64,000 nucleotides of DNA from Schlesneria sp. (GCA_043721755.1 JAYSQC010000294.1:20839-84838), one strand, 5' to 3'; positions 1 to 10,009 are shown, counted from the first letter of the stretch. Numbers and translations: made by a program. Notes: generated by a model not told the origin, from the sequence alone.

Positions 1-1359
1 GAGTTCGATGAGCGCGACCAGCCGCTTGCCGGTCATCGTCCCATCGGCCTTGAGCGTCGTCCCGCCATAGACAACCGGGATGCCTTGGCCACCCTCGACC
101 TGATGCACCACACGCTTGGCATCGAGAAAGAAACTTCCTTCGCCGACGTGGCGCTCGGGAGGGGGTGGAACGAAGGCGGGTGGTGGGACTCCTTGCTCCA
201 AAGGCTCATTCGATGGCGAAGTGACTTGGATCGGAGCGAACTCGGGCAGGCGCTGAATGGCTCGTGTGAGATCGTTCGCCAAGTCTGCCGAGCCGATGAC
301 AGAGAACCCTTCGCCGCCGTAGAGCGTGTCCTTGCGGGACCACGTACCGAGGACCATCTCGGGATGATTCACGAAGTAACTGTTGATCGGGATGTCGAGA
401 CCTTCGATCGACTGTGGCGAGGTCTTCAGCCAGTCAGCATCAACGTGCCGGTCCGGCTCGTTTGGTGCTCGCTTGCGCAGGAACACGATGTCGGTGACGA
501 CCGCTGTCCCTTCGCGCTTGAAGGCATCAGACGGGAGGCGAATCGCTCCTACGAAATCGGCTTGTTCGGCGAGCAGCTCACGTACGACGGCGTTTTGTTT
601 GTCGAGCGTGAAGCGGCTCGTGACCAGTGCGAGGACGCCGCCCGGCTTCAGAGCGTCCATCGACTTGGCAAAGAAGTAATCGTGCAGCGCCAGCTTTTGG
701 CCGCGATGATCGAGCTTGAGATCGGCGAACGGCACGTTGCCCACGACCGCATCAATGCGGTCCGTCGGCAGCTTGGTGTCGCGAAAGTTTTCGATCCGGA
801 TGTCGTGTTCGGGATATCTTGCTCTGGCGATGCGGCCCGAGATCGAATCCATCTCCACGCCGATGAACCGATGGCCGTGTTGCCCTTCGCTCATGAAGTT
901 GCCGACGCCGCAGCCCGGTTCAAGAACCGTGGCTCCGTTCGGAATGCCGAGCCGTGTGATGGCCTCGTGAATCCCCGCGATCACCGTCGGAGACGTGTAG
1001 AAGGCATTGAACGTCGTCCGCTTGGCGCTGTCATATTCTTCCGGCGTGAGTAACTCATGGAGTTCATCGCCGAGCGACTGCCAACCCGCATCCTTGAACT
1101 GCCCGGTGACGGGATCGGGGAAGATCGAGAGAGCCACCGGACCGAATCCAGAGAATCGCGCGAGGGTCTCTTTCTCGGCGGCGATTGCGGGGCGACGTTC
1201 CCGCTCGATGTTCTTGAGCGTGCGGATCGCCGCGAGAATGTCGCGGGCTTTCGACTTCTCACCGCTCGCGATGCGCGGTGAGGTCGTCGCGGAACTCTGC
1301 GAAAAGGTGCCGGATTCAGAGTCTGCTCGGTGAGTGGGACTCGATGAATCTGGCGTCAC
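1..1359 (-). CDS. Large plasmid-type N6-adenine DNA methyltransferase, N-terminal part (3' end runs off the window)
   Basis: Absent from the ORF track because it has no stop inside the window. My reverse translation gives ...ARDILAAIRTLKNIERERRPA...FNAFYTSPTVIAGIHEAITRLGIPNGATVLEPGCGVGNFM...IDAVVGNVPFADLK...KPGGVLALVTS. This shows SAM motif I (LEPGCGVG) and motif IV (NVPF, NPPF-like). There is no in-frame ATG upstream; GTG at 1357-1359 is a candidate start, so the start is unresolved. The 85..1053 + ORF is its antisense shadow. Confidence 0.6.
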   Translation of the reverse strand, partial: MTPDSSSPTHRADSESGTFSQSSATTSPRIASGEKSKARDILAAIRTLKNIERERRPAIAAEKETLARFSGFGPVALSIFPDPVTGQFKDAGWQSLGDELHELLTPEEYDSAKRTTFNAFYTSPTVIAGIHEAITRLGIPNGATVLEPGCGVGNFMSEGQHGHRFIGVEMDSISGRIARARYPEHDIRIENFRDTKLPTDRIDAVVGNVPFADLKLDHRGQKLALHDYFFAKSMDALKPGGVLALVTSRFTLDKQNAVVRELLAEQADFVGAIRLPSDAFKREGTAVVTDIVFLRKRAPNEPDRHVDADWLKTSPQSIEGLDIPINSYFVNHPEMVLGTWSRKDTLYGGEGFSVIGSADLANDLTRAIQRLPEFAPIQVTSPSNEPLEQGVPPPAFVPPPPERHVGEGSFFLDAKRVVHQVEGGQGIPVVYGGTTLKADGTMTGKRLVALIEL

Positions 1360-1457
1360 GGCGGACGGCGGGTGATCTCGCGCGGCATCGGGAGACGAAT
1401 CGCCCGTCTCACGAACCGGAGGGCGATCAAACAGCGAGCCTGAATAACGGTGAGGTG

Positions 1458-1778
1458 CTATCCGTTGAACGAAGGACTGCGGAGGAATGCCATCGCGTCG
1501 TCGAGGTTCAGTGGTTCGGGCGGCTCCGGCAGGGAATCGCTCTCCGTCAAAAAGATCTCCCACTCGTGCAGGGCCAGCTCGAACGCGGTCGTTTTGAATT
1601 GGTCCGGCTCGCTCCCCGGTATCGCTTCCGCCAGCACCGCCATCCACTCGTGATGCCGTGCTCGCAGTTGCCAGGCTTGCTCGGTCATCGTCTCCAAGAG
1701 CGTGTCGCTCCGGCGAAGCTGTTCGTGGAGCGGCTTGTTCTGTCGCAGAAGTTCGAGAACGATCGTCTTGTACTGCAT
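1458..1778 (-). CDS. Hypothetical 106-aa protein immediately upstream of the methylase
   Basis: ATG-initiated ORF (MQYKTIVLELLRQNKPLHEQL...) on the same strand as the methylase, with plausible composition and no recognisable motif. Confidence 0.35.
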   Translation of the reverse strand: MQYKTIVLELLRQNKPLHEQLRRSDTLLETMTEQAWQLRARHHEWMAVLAEAIPGSEPDQFKTTAFELALHEWEIFLTESDSLPEPPEPLNLDDAMAFLRSPSFNG

Positions 1779-2277
1779 GGGGGTGGCCTCCTTGTTGCGG
1801 GTTCGTGGCGTCGTGCTTGTGGTCCGCCGAGTCTGTGTCGAACGAGAAGAGTGACTTCTGATGCTTATCGGGCGGCGGCTTGCGAGGCATGGTCAGAAAC
1901 CATTGGCGTCCCAAGCCGAATCAACCCGTGTGAACCATTGGTCTCCGTAAAAAGTGACTCTCATCCTTGTTAATGACGCTGTCATCAGTCGCTCGTTCGT
2001 TCGCTCCCTTGCTCTCTTTGAGACTACAGCAAAATCGTTACTTTTTGTTTAACGATGGCGGCGATCAGCCGACCGGAGCTTGAAGCCGAGCGGCCGACGA
2101 GCCACATCAACAAAGCAGAGAGCCAACAACCAAAAACCTCGGCTCAGGCTCAGCAAACGGGACGCCCCGCCCCTTGTCCCCTCCCCCTCACTCGGCCTTC
2201 TTCTGTGAAGGCCGAGGTGACGGTGAGGCGAACGGGACGGAAGACAAAGCCCTGTTCAAATGGGGTGAAGAATGAAT

Positions 2278-2643
2278 TCACTCCGTCTTGATTGTCATCT
2301 TGTATTTGTCTGCCAATCCCAGCACAGCCTCGCGAGCCGGTTGGGTGTGTCCCGCTTCGACATCAGCCAGTCCCTCACGAATTGCTTCAACGGTTCTGCG
2401 ACTGCGGTGTTCTTCCAACGATCGGCGAGAATTCTCGATGGCCTGCTCGAATGACACCGTTTTCGTTTCGCCCCGGTCATAGGAGGCGATGCGACGATCG
2501 ATCTCGGCCGACCATGCGGCGGCGATCTCGGGTGTGGCAAACCCCTTTGGATCGAGGCTTGCTTCAAGCTCATCGATCAACCTCGCGCGGTCATCGGGTG
2601 ACAGTTGCAGGGCTTCACTCAAAACAGCTTCGAGGTTCAGCAT
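2278..2643 (-). CDS. Addiction-module antitoxin-like protein (TIGR02574-like N-terminus, ParD/RelB-like C-terminus)
   Basis: Internal ATG at 2643 is preceded by GAGGAG. MLNLEAVLSEALQLSPDDRARLIDELEASL...AAWSAEIDRRIASYDRGE resembles the putative addiction module component family. The C-terminus is EAIREGLADVEAGHTQPAREAV. Confidence 0.55.
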   Translation of the reverse strand: MLNLEAVLSEALQLSPDDRARLIDELEASLDPKGFATPEIAAAWSAEIDRRIASYDRGETKTVSFEQAIENSRRSLEEHRSRRTVEAIREGLADVEAGHTQPAREAVLGLADKYKMTIKTE

Positions 2644-2744
2644 CGGGATAACTCCTCTTCTGTGCATAGAGCCAATGAATTTGAGTCTGCCAGACTCGCC
2701 GACATCCGTCGAGCGAATTGATTCGGAACCAAAGCCAGACCGCC

Positions 2745-3158
2745 TCACCATTCGATCTCTTCGACGAGTGTCCCTTGGCCTTGAGCTTCCATCGCCGTGG
2801 GTTCGTCGGCTTCTTGAATCCACGGGACGCGGTGGCGGGTGATGCCTTGGAAGAGGCGGACGTGGGGGCGGGTTTCGGAGTTGAGGTGGCGACCACGCAG
2901 TTTGACGGTTTGGCTGCCGATGTGGAGGGTGATGCCGGTGGACGGGTCGAACTCGGCCTTGTCGAGCCAGGCGTAACCGACGGCGAGGATGTTGCCGTCC
3001 TTCTTGCGAAGTTCGAGCATCACGGCTCGGTCGCGAACGCCGCGTAGCCAGCCGAACGAACCGAGGTCTTCGAGTGGTTCGAGGTCGGAGAGGAGCGAGT
3101 TCTCGTTCGCATCGCTCGGTGATCGTTGGATGTATTTGTTGAGCAGGCTATCGGTCAT
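2745..3158 (-). CDS. Hypothetical protein translationally coupled to the relaxase
   Basis: ATG at 3158 (MTDSLLNKYIQ...) overlaps the relaxase stop at 3148. The longer 171-aa track ORF would overlap the relaxase extensively. Confidence 0.45.
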   Translation of the reverse strand: MTDSLLNKYIQRSPSDANENSLLSDLEPLEDLGSFGWLRGVRDRAVMLELRKKDGNILAVGYAWLDKAEFDPSTGITLHIGSQTVKLRGRHLNSETRPHVRLFQGITRHRVPWIQEADEPTAMEAQGQGTLVEEIEW

Positions 3159-5817
3159 GGGGTACCTCGAATTGGCGGCGTTGGAGTTCTTTGGGGTAGA
3201 GCTCAAGGACCGTCGTGGCTTGACGCAGGACTGTGAGCCGGTCGTGACGGTTCCGTTCATGACGAGTCATCGCATGACGATCACGGTCGGCCACGAGTTC
3301 GGTCGCAGTGATGCGGTCGTCGGATCGGCGGATGGCATCGAGTAGCGCGGCTCGGTCATCGGTGTAGACGGTGGCTTCTTTCCGACCGCGTGAGCAACTG
3401 ACGTAGAACTGTTCGCGGGACGAGGCTTTGAAGCTGTCGGAGGATTGGCCGATAAGGACGCGGTCCACGGTGCGGCCTTGGCTGGCGTGACTCGTCACGC
3501 AATAGCCGTGTGTGAAGTGGCCGAAGTCTTTCGAGACGGTCCAACCATTCTCCAGCACGATGTTGCCATCGCGGTCGAAGCGGTCGATTTGATAGAGCGC
3601 TCCGTTGTCGAGGCGATGCTGGCCATCGAGCGTCTTGCCGTTCTGAGTCACTCGCAGCTTGTCGCCGCGAGCGAAGGCGATCTCGGTGGGATGAAAGACT
3701 TGGAAGTTCTTGGCCTGATCGGCGGGCAGCGGTTGCTCGCCAACGACGACACGCTGTCCCTTCGTGAAGCCTTTGGCGTTCTGATGAAACACGATCACGT
3801 CGCCGGGGAAGTAGTTTTCCGGTTCGGCTCGTTCGGCTTGTGTGAGATGGACATTCTCCAACGCCGCGAACGTCCGTTCATCTTCGCCAAGCTTCTTTGC
3901 GGCCTTCAGTTCGCTCCGAATCTCCGCCGTGATCCGTTCCCCTTCGAGATGTGTCGGCGAGACGACGAGCGTATCGAGGCCCTTTGAAACGGCCTCGATG
4001 TAGTCGGTGGCCATCATGCGGTAACGCTCGCCCGTGGGTGTTTCTCGAATCCAACCGAGGTCGTTGAGTTGCTCGAAGCCTCGTTCAGTCTCTCCCGCCG
4101 CGAGCGACTTCACAGCCGCTTTGTATTGGCCCGACTGTCGCTGAATCTCGCGGATCTCGGCCGGGATCAAACCGGCTTCCTCTTCGAGCAGTCGCAGTGC
4201 GGCTCCGCGTTCGACCGAGCCATGTTGCTTGCGGTCACCCGACAGCACGATGCGATAGTTGTTTTGTTCCGCGAGTTTGAAGACCTGCGTCATCGCCTTC
4301 GAGCCGAGCAGTCCCGCCTCGTCGATCCAAACGACGTGACCCCTCGCCTGCTCTTGCAGCTTGGTATCCACGAGCAACCGCGCCACGGTGTCGGCTCGCT
4401 CGAAGCCCTCTTGTTGCAACACGCTCTTCGCCGCCGTCGAAGGAGCGAACGTGAAGACCAGCGGCCCGTTGGCCTCGATGGCTTCGACCGCCTCTTGCAT
4501 CATGGTCGTCTTGCCCACGCCTGCCGCACCCCGCACGAGGATCACTCGGTCACGCGAGGCAAGGACATGTTCGACGGCTCGTCGCTGTCCGTCATTGAGC
4601 CACGTCCGCTTGAGTGTCCTGTCGCGAGACCCAAGTCTCCGTTGCGAGCCTCGTCCATTGCGAGCGAATGAAATCATCTGCTTCTCTTCGGCGATGATCG
4701 CGGGTGTCGTGACCATCCGGCGTCCCTGCCGTTCCGCCGTGATGAGGTCATGTCGTCCAAAGGCCGACTGCACGGTGGCGACAGTCGCACGACCCACTGA
4801 CCGCTTGAGGGACTGGGCCAGCAACTCGCGTTCGGGGACGACCGACTTCCGCTCGAAGACGTGTTCGACCGAACGTTCTATCGCTTCGCGAGCGGCGTCC
4901 GCATCTTCGGGCACCGCGCGTCCGCCGATCTTGTCGGCCAATGTCAGCACCGTGCGATACTCATCGTCCGAGAGCCGCGATCGCCATTCATGACGCAGTT
5001 CGGGCAGCGACAGGTTTTTTTGTTTCCGCTCGCGAGTCTTGGCCCCGAGTTCCGACTTCCCCTTCGCGGTGAGTTCATCGCCTAACTTGCGAGCCTCATC
5101 TTCAATCTGAGCCGTCCGCCGCGAGAACTTGTCGATGGTCGCCTTGTCCAAACCGGCCAGTTCCCAGCCCCACTTCTTACGTTCGACATGCAGCCCGAGA
5201 TCACCGAGGCGACTGGCCAACCGCGAATGAAACACCGCCTCGAAGTACGGTGCGTCCCGCTTGAGGTCCGCGAATTGTCCCGCCTTCCACGCCTGTTCGT
5301 TGTCATCCCACGTTGTGTTGAACACGAAGCAGTGGGCGTGCAAATGCGGATCAGGAATGCCATCAATCGGCCGCGCCGTGAAGTGAATGAACTCACCCCA
5401 CACCATGTTGCCGGTCACGCGGTCTTCATTCAGGCCCCGCTTGCGAACGCGTGTCTTCATCTCCGCTTCCATGTCCTGCATGGTTGCGTCCACTGAATCA
5501 CGAAAGGCATCGAGCAACCGCTCGTCCTTCGTCAGCCCGTACAACAACGAGACGCTCTTCGGAACGTGGAAGTTGAAGTCATAGCCGACGCGACGTTCTT
5601 CTTTACGACGCAGCGTGAGTGGCTCGTTTGACTGCGGATGCCGATTGTCACACAGAGCATCCCACGCTGCCGACTGAATCGTTCCGGACAGGCCGAGCCG
5701 TTCCGCTCCCTGCCCTCGCCAATGGCCTTCGAGTTCCTGCCCCTCGGTGTAGTAGTCGGCCGTGCTGTAGTAGCTCTTCGCCCCCGCCGCCGAAGTGTTC
5801 TGAATGATCCGCAACAT
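3148..5817 (-). CDS. MobF/TrwC-family conjugative relaxase fused to a RecD/TraA-like helicase
   Basis: 889 aa. N-terminal relaxase motifs are present: AKSYYSTADYY tyrosines, HVPKSVS, and the DPHLHAHCFVFN His triad. Walker A is GAAGVGKTT, followed by a helicase-type C-terminal half. Confidence 0.9.
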   Translation of the reverse strand: MLRIIQNTSAAGAKSYYSTADYYTEGQELEGHWRGQGAERLGLSGTIQSAAWDALCDNRHPQSNEPLTLRRKEERRVGYDFNFHVPKSVSLLYGLTKDERLLDAFRDSVDATMQDMEAEMKTRVRKRGLNEDRVTGNMVWGEFIHFTARPIDGIPDPHLHAHCFVFNTTWDDNEQAWKAGQFADLKRDAPYFEAVFHSRLASRLGDLGLHVERKKWGWELAGLDKATIDKFSRRTAQIEDEARKLGDELTAKGKSELGAKTRERKQKNLSLPELRHEWRSRLSDDEYRTVLTLADKIGGRAVPEDADAAREAIERSVEHVFERKSVVPERELLAQSLKRSVGRATVATVQSAFGRHDLITAERQGRRMVTTPAIIAEEKQMISFARNGRGSQRRLGSRDRTLKRTWLNDGQRRAVEHVLASRDRVILVRGAAGVGKTTMMQEAVEAIEANGPLVFTFAPSTAAKSVLQQEGFERADTVARLLVDTKLQEQARGHVVWIDEAGLLGSKAMTQVFKLAEQNNYRIVLSGDRKQHGSVERGAALRLLEEEAGLIPAEIREIQRQSGQYKAAVKSLAAGETERGFEQLNDLGWIRETPTGERYRMMATDYIEAVSKGLDTLVVSPTHLEGERITAEIRSELKAAKKLGEDERTFAALENVHLTQAERAEPENYFPGDVIVFHQNAKGFTKGQRVVVGEQPLPADQAKNFQVFHPTEIAFARGDKLRVTQNGKTLDGQHRLDNGALYQIDRFDRDGNIVLENGWTVSKDFGHFTHGYCVTSHASQGRTVDRVLIGQSSDSFKASSREQFYVSCSRGRKEATVYTDDRAALLDAIRRSDDRITATELVADRDRHAMTRHERNRHDRLTVLRQATTVLELYPKELQRRQFEVPHDR

Positions 5818-6023
5818 GGTTAATTATAGACCGAGAGAGATTGCGAAAGAGTTAACGCAACGAAACCTTTATTCGGCGGCGACATGATTGCGGTACGTCG
5901 CGCGAAGGCAAGAGCGTTCTTGATCGCAATGCAGAATGCGGGCGAACTCATCGCACCGAGGTCATGCTCAGCTCTCGAACAAAGCCGATCTGATGACGAA
6001 TCCTCAACCTCATTGGCGAGGAC

Positions 6024-6482
6024 TCAAGCCTTCAGCAGGCCATTCACGATATCAGTCGGTGAATAGACGTTGATTCCGGTGAAGCGGGCAAAGTCTTTCA
6101 CATTGAACGTAACGAGATTCGTCAGGCCATGACACAGCATGGTGGCGACAATGCGGGCATCGTGTGCGTTCTTTCCCATCACAGAGTTCGCCGTTACCAA
6201 GTCGCGCCACCGAACAAATACACCTCGCTCATCGAGGAGCAGCTTGAAGACGGTCGTCCATTCCGTGATTGCCGCATCCGTGCTGGCGACATCCAAGCCG
6301 AGGCCGTTGACGTTCAACGGACGAGTGGCCACCACCCAATACTCGTAGAGAACTTGTGGGACAATTACTGCCTCGTGACCATGAGCCGCCAGCCAATCGA
6401 TCACCGCCACCGCCGTGTCGTGGTGCGCGTGGCCCACGTCTTCAAGCCGCAGCAACAGGTTGGTGTCGATGAGGACTTTCAT
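6024..6482 (-). CDS. vapC: PIN-domain toxin (VapC-like)
   Basis: MKVLIDTNLLLRLED... shows the N-terminal PIN acidic motif. The protein is 152 aa and overlaps the upstream small gene by 4 nt. Confidence 0.8.
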   Translation of the reverse strand: MKVLIDTNLLLRLEDVGHAHHDTAVAVIDWLAAHGHEAVIVPQVLYEYWVVATRPLNVNGLGLDVASTDAAITEWTTVFKLLLDERGVFVRWRDLVTANSVMGKNAHDARIVATMLCHGLTNLVTFNVKDFARFTGINVYSPTDIVNGLLKA

Positions 6483-6736
6483 TCACCGCGACCTTCGTAA
6501 ATGGATTCGCGGCTGTCATCGAACTTGCCGTTGTGGATGCCGTGCTTCTTGATGATCCCACGCACACGAGCCATGTAGTCGGAGTGAGGCTCCGTCTTTT
6601 CAGGAACCGCAGGGTCTTCGCTGAGCTGCTCGGCAACGATGCTCGTGACGAACGTGGTGATGTCCTGCCCGGCGGCAGAGGCGCGGCGGCGGATTGCGAC
6701 TTCGATTTCGTCGGGGAAGTTGATGCTGACACTCAT
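6479..6736 (-). CDS. VapB-like antitoxin
   Basis: ATG at 6736 is preceded by AAAGGAGA (MSVSINFPDEIEVAIRRRASAAGQDITTFV...). It is small and overlaps the PIN gene start. The track start at 6802 is probably too long. Confidence 0.6.
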   Translation of the reverse strand: MSVSINFPDEIEVAIRRRASAAGQDITTFVTSIVAEQLSEDPAVPEKTEPHSDYMARVRGIIKKHGIHNGKFDDSRESIYEGRGE

Positions 6737-7205
6737 GATCTTGGTCTCCTTTGACGTTTCACCGTGTGGCTTCAGTCTAGCACGGCTTGTGGGTTCGGTC
6801 ATCTACTGTTTGACGGTGTGATCGTGCGACCTGTACAGCCAAGGGACACACATCTCGTGAGTGTGGTTCGTCAGACCGGTCATTACTTCCGACATCTGAT
6901 CGTGGTTTCAAAACTTCCGGCGAGTCTCTTCCAACGGTTGGCAATGACGAGTGTCTCACCATGCCTGCGGTGTTGATCCAAAAGCAAAACATTCTCTCTG
7001 GTGGAGCGGCCACACACAGCGACCTGATCATGGGCGTGCTTAAAGCCGCAGCCGGTCCGGGCAAGCAGAAAATCGGTTCCCCCTGAAGGTCTCCCCCGAT
7101 TTTCGGCTGGCCAGGAACGCTGCGCTCCGGCTTCGCGGCTTTTGGTTCGCAGCCATGAGGTCGCCGTGGTCGTGGCCTCTTCAACAACCAGAAAGGAACG
7201 TTTTT

Positions 7206-7418
7206 ATGACTGAAGAAACAACACCCGCCAGCAATGGCAAAAAACCATCACACAACGCCTACCACGTGCGGGAGACCGGCATCGGGAAGAGCTTTTGGAA
7301 CCGGGTCGGTGTCGCGTGGACCAACAAGAACGGTGGCTTCACCCTCCAGCTTGAATGCGTGCCACTCGACGGTCGCATCGTCTGCCAACCCGCCGACAAA
7401 CCGGCTCCGACCGAATAA
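7206..7418 (+). CDS. Small conserved plasmid protein, unknown function
   Basis: ATG at 7206 (MTEETTPASNGKKPSHNAYHVRETGIGKSFWNRVGVAWTNKNGGFTLQLECVPLDGRIVCQP). The sequence resembles small proteins I recall from conjugative elements. Confidence 0.45.
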   Translation: MTEETTPASNGKKPSHNAYHVRETGIGKSFWNRVGVAWTNKNGGFTLQLECVPLDGRIVCQPADKPAPTE

Positions 7419-7479
7419 CCCTCAACCGGGGCGGGCCTCACGCTCGCCCCGTTCACCCTCACGAGAAAGGACTCTCACC

Positions 7480-7740
7480 ATGAAACTTCACATCGAACAA
7501 ATTCAACATCACCGCAACGGCATCTCCGGCGCACCGTTCCACGTCCTGATCTTTCGCGATCCCGAAGTCGGGCGAATGCTCGGCATCGTCTTCGAGCAGA
7601 AGTACCACGTCGCGGCCTTCAACCTCGACAAGCTGTTCGTGGGCGACATCGCCTTCGGCAGCAATTCGTGGCGGGGCGATCAGTACGAGCCGCATCTCCG
7701 TCGAGCCATCGAACAGACGACGCAGGAGGTTCAGCCATGA
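7480..7740 (+). CDS. Hypothetical protein
   Basis: ATG at 7480 (MKLHIEQIQHHRNGISGAPFHVLIFRDPE...). Its stop overlaps the next start as ATGA. Confidence 0.4.
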   Translation: MKLHIEQIQHHRNGISGAPFHVLIFRDPEVGRMLGIVFEQKYHVAAFNLDKLFVGDIAFGSNSWRGDQYEPHLRRAIEQTTQEVQP

Positions 7741-8504
7741 CCATCATCAACCCCTTCTACGCGGTTCGCCGCAACCAAGCTGCCAGCGTTCCGGTGACTC
7801 TTCACGAAGACTCGCAGCCACGCTACGCACGGCTCCCACTGGCTCCACGCAATGCAAGTCCCGTCCCACACCTGACGAGCCTGTATCACTTCCATCGGGC
7901 AGGCGACTACGGTGACCGGAGCTATCCGGGTAACTGCGGTGGCAACCTCATCAAGGACTTACTCACGTACTTCAAACCGGGTCTGGTCTATGACCCGATG
8001 AGTGGCTCAGGAACCTGCACGGACGTTTGTCGGGAGCTGAACATCCCGTGTCTGTCATTCGATATTCATCAGGGCTTCGATGCTTGCGACCCGCAAGGCT
8101 TCGGACCGGATAAGACGTTCGACTTCATCTGGGCACATCCCGCCTACTGGCGTCAGAAGCTTTATGCAGACGATCCGCGTGACCTGTCACGCTCACCAAC
8201 GCTCGACCATTTCTTGAACCGTTACGGCCAGTTCATTCGCAACTGTGCCCACTCCCTGAAGGTTGGCGGGAAGCTGGCGATCCTGATGGGCGACTACTGT
8301 GACCGCGAGGCCGGGTTTGTCCCCCTCACCTACCACACAAAACGACTTGCCTTCGCCGCCGGGTTGCGGCAGTGCTGTACCGACATCATCCGGTTCAGCC
8401 ACGGGGCGAGCAGCTCGAAGAAGACTTACCGCTCGTCATTCATTCCCGGACTGCACGATACCTGCATGGTCTTCGAGCGTCCCACTGCCACAAACCAACG
8501 ATAG
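7737..8504 (+). CDS. Putative orphan DNA methyltransferase
   Basis: ATGA-coupled start at 7737. VYDPMSGSGTCTDV matches an FxGxG SAM motif I, and IWAHPAYW resembles motif IV [DNS]PP[YFW]. Confidence 0.5.
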   Translation: MTIINPFYAVRRNQAASVPVTLHEDSQPRYARLPLAPRNASPVPHLTSLYHFHRAGDYGDRSYPGNCGGNLIKDLLTYFKPGLVYDPMSGSGTCTDVCRELNIPCLSFDIHQGFDACDPQGFGPDKTFDFIWAHPAYWRQKLYADDPRDLSRSPTLDHFLNRYGQFIRNCAHSLKVGGKLAILMGDYCDREAGFVPLTYHTKRLAFAAGLRQCCTDIIRFSHGASSSKKTYRSSFIPGLHDTCMVFERPTATNQR

Positions 8505-8514
8505 GAGACACAAT

Positions 8515-8760
8515 ATGAACTTGATCATTCAAACTGACTGTGACATTCACGCAACACTCGCCGAACGTCGGGAGATCGCCATCATCTGGTGCATCGACGA
8601 TGTGAAGGAGGTTCGGCCTGACCTCAATGAAGACCAATGTTGGCAAGTCCTGCAACACGCCAAACGTCATCACGATGCCACTGTCGGCATTTCGTGGGAA
8701 GTCCTGGACATCGTGGCGGGAATCCTCTTTGGCGATGCGGCGAAAGAACCAGATCAGTGA
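8515..8760 (+). CDS. Hypothetical protein
   Basis: ATG at 8515 is preceded by AGGAGA (MNLIIQTDCDIHATLAERREIAIIWCIDD...). Confidence 0.4.
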   Translation: MNLIIQTDCDIHATLAERREIAIIWCIDDVKEVRPDLNEDQCWQVLQHAKRHHDATVGISWEVLDIVAGILFGDAAKEPDQ

Positions 8761-8945
8761 CGCGGCTCGACGACGACATTTTTGACAGCGTGTTTCACGG
8801 ATGCGCATTCAGTGCCTACGTGGAATTGGCCGTGGCGAGCGGTGGCGTGCCGGAGGAAGCTGCCACGCGCCGCCGTGCCTTCCAGCTTTACGAGGAAGCA
8901 CTCGCCGAGCGTCACGCCAGCCGGAACGTCACTGAGAAATCGTGA
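8757..8945 (+). CDS. Hypothetical small protein (GTG start, weak)
   Basis: GTG at 8757 overlaps the preceding stop as GTGA, in frame with track ORF 8637..8945. Confidence 0.25.
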   Translation: MTRLDDDIFDSVFHGCAFSAYVELAVASGGVPEEAATRRRAFQLYEEALAERHASRNVTEKS

Positions 8946-9020
8946 CGGCATGACGGGCGCTGGGCAGCACCGCCTGTTGAGCGGCTCAAGGTGCCCTCGC
9001 ACCGTGACTGGTCGATCGAC

Positions 9021-9587
9021 TCAACGTGCCGGTACAGACGGCCCCGGAATCAGCTCATTGATGAGTTTCTCAATGGCCTCGATCTGCAATCGACCTTCAA
9101 AGTCGTTGCGACGAACCCAAGCGTTCTTCTGACCGCGATAGTCCGACTGGAACCGGAAGCCCGCGCCCTTGACCGCCGTCAACACGTCTTCGGGTGGCCG
9201 CTCGCTGAACTGCACGACCAGCCGATGAAAGTCCTCATCGGACATGCGGCAGTAACCGCGAGCCTCATCAACGACCCATGTCCGCAGTCGAGGCTCAGTC
9301 TTCGATGGTGGTGTCACGGCATCGTTCGCTGCTCCGCGATCAGCCTCTCCTGCTGCCGGTGTGTACGTCCCGATCGCCTCGAAAGGCGGTTGCTCAACCG
9401 GCTGCTGCTCGACCTCGGGTGCCGATGGCAGACATTCCATCAAGCTCACGTCCGTGTTCGTGATCGCCACCGATTCGCTCGGCGGTTCGGCCAATGTACT
9501 GGTCGCTTCGCCAAGTGGTTCAGCACTCGTCTCGGCGATAGTCGCCGCTCCCTTCTTCTTCCGTGGTCTGCGTGTGGTCGTCGTCAT
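9021..9587 (-). CDS. Hypothetical plasmid protein
   Basis: ATG at 9587 is preceded by GGAGGAG (MTTTTRRPRKKKG...). It has an acidic/proline-rich linker followed by a structured-looking C-terminus. Confidence 0.45.
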   Translation of the reverse strand: MTTTTRRPRKKKGAATIAETSAEPLGEATSTLAEPPSESVAITNTDVSLMECLPSAPEVEQQPVEQPPFEAIGTYTPAAGEADRGAANDAVTPPSKTEPRLRTWVVDEARGYCRMSDEDFHRLVVQFSERPPEDVLTAVKGAGFRFQSDYRGQKNAWVRRNDFEGRLQIEAIEKLINELIPGPSVPAR

Positions 9588-9735
9588 GTTCTCCTCCGTG
9601 AGTTGTTGATGAATCGTTGAAGTCCCCGACATCGGTCGGTCCCTTCAGTCTACGACAGACCGTTAAACAATCCGTTAACGCCCGTAAGGACACTCGCCGA
9701 ACTAGCGGCCAGCACTCCACAACACGCTCGCCAAC

Positions 9736-9997
9736 CGAAAATCACCCCCTCGGAACGCCCCCAAAAACGCCCGTTTTGGAACGCCGAAAAATCACCCCTC
9801 GTGAGCGGCTGGCAAGCAAAAATTCTGTCAGACATCTCCCCTAAGCACTGCTTAGGAAGATTTTCACGGTGAAAATCCGGAAATACGATTTTGCAGAAAC
9901 ACAGAAAACCGACTTCACGACGAGTCGCAAAACAGTGTTTGACCAATTCTGTAAACCGTGATAGTCGTGAAATCGCAATTCCGCAAAATCGTGTTTC
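9736..9997. promoter_or_regulatory. Repeat-rich parA upstream region (candidate operator or centromere-like sites)
   Basis: Direct repeats CGAAAA(A)TCACCCC(C)TCG lie at 9736-9752 and 9785-9801. Palindromes are CTAAGCAcTGCTTAG (9841-9855) and TTTTCACgGTGAAAA (9861-9875). GCAAAATCGTGTTTC at 9983-9997 has its core AATCGTGTTTC recurring inverted at 10907-10917, upstream of repA. Confidence 0.4.
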
Positions 9998-10009
9998 AGG
10001 TAGGTCTTT

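Noticed and set aside
85-1053. 322-aa plus-strand ORF (TTG start)
   Set aside because: It is the antisense shadow of the minus-strand methylase, whose SAM motifs read clearly. The plus-strand translation is Arg/Val-rich with no motifs.
2168-2215. G/C-rich CCCCTCCCCCTCAC tract plus a CGGCCTTC-N6-GAAGGCCG hairpin, loosely similar to GGGGAGAGGGTGAGGGG at 15577-15595
   Set aside because: The similarity is only compositional and short. It may be a REP-type element, but two loose copies cannot support that.
5818-6023. Possible oriT upstream of the relaxase
   Set aside because: I saw only short inverted repeats (for example ATTGCG...CGCAAT). There is no recognisable nic consensus, so I cannot support a call.
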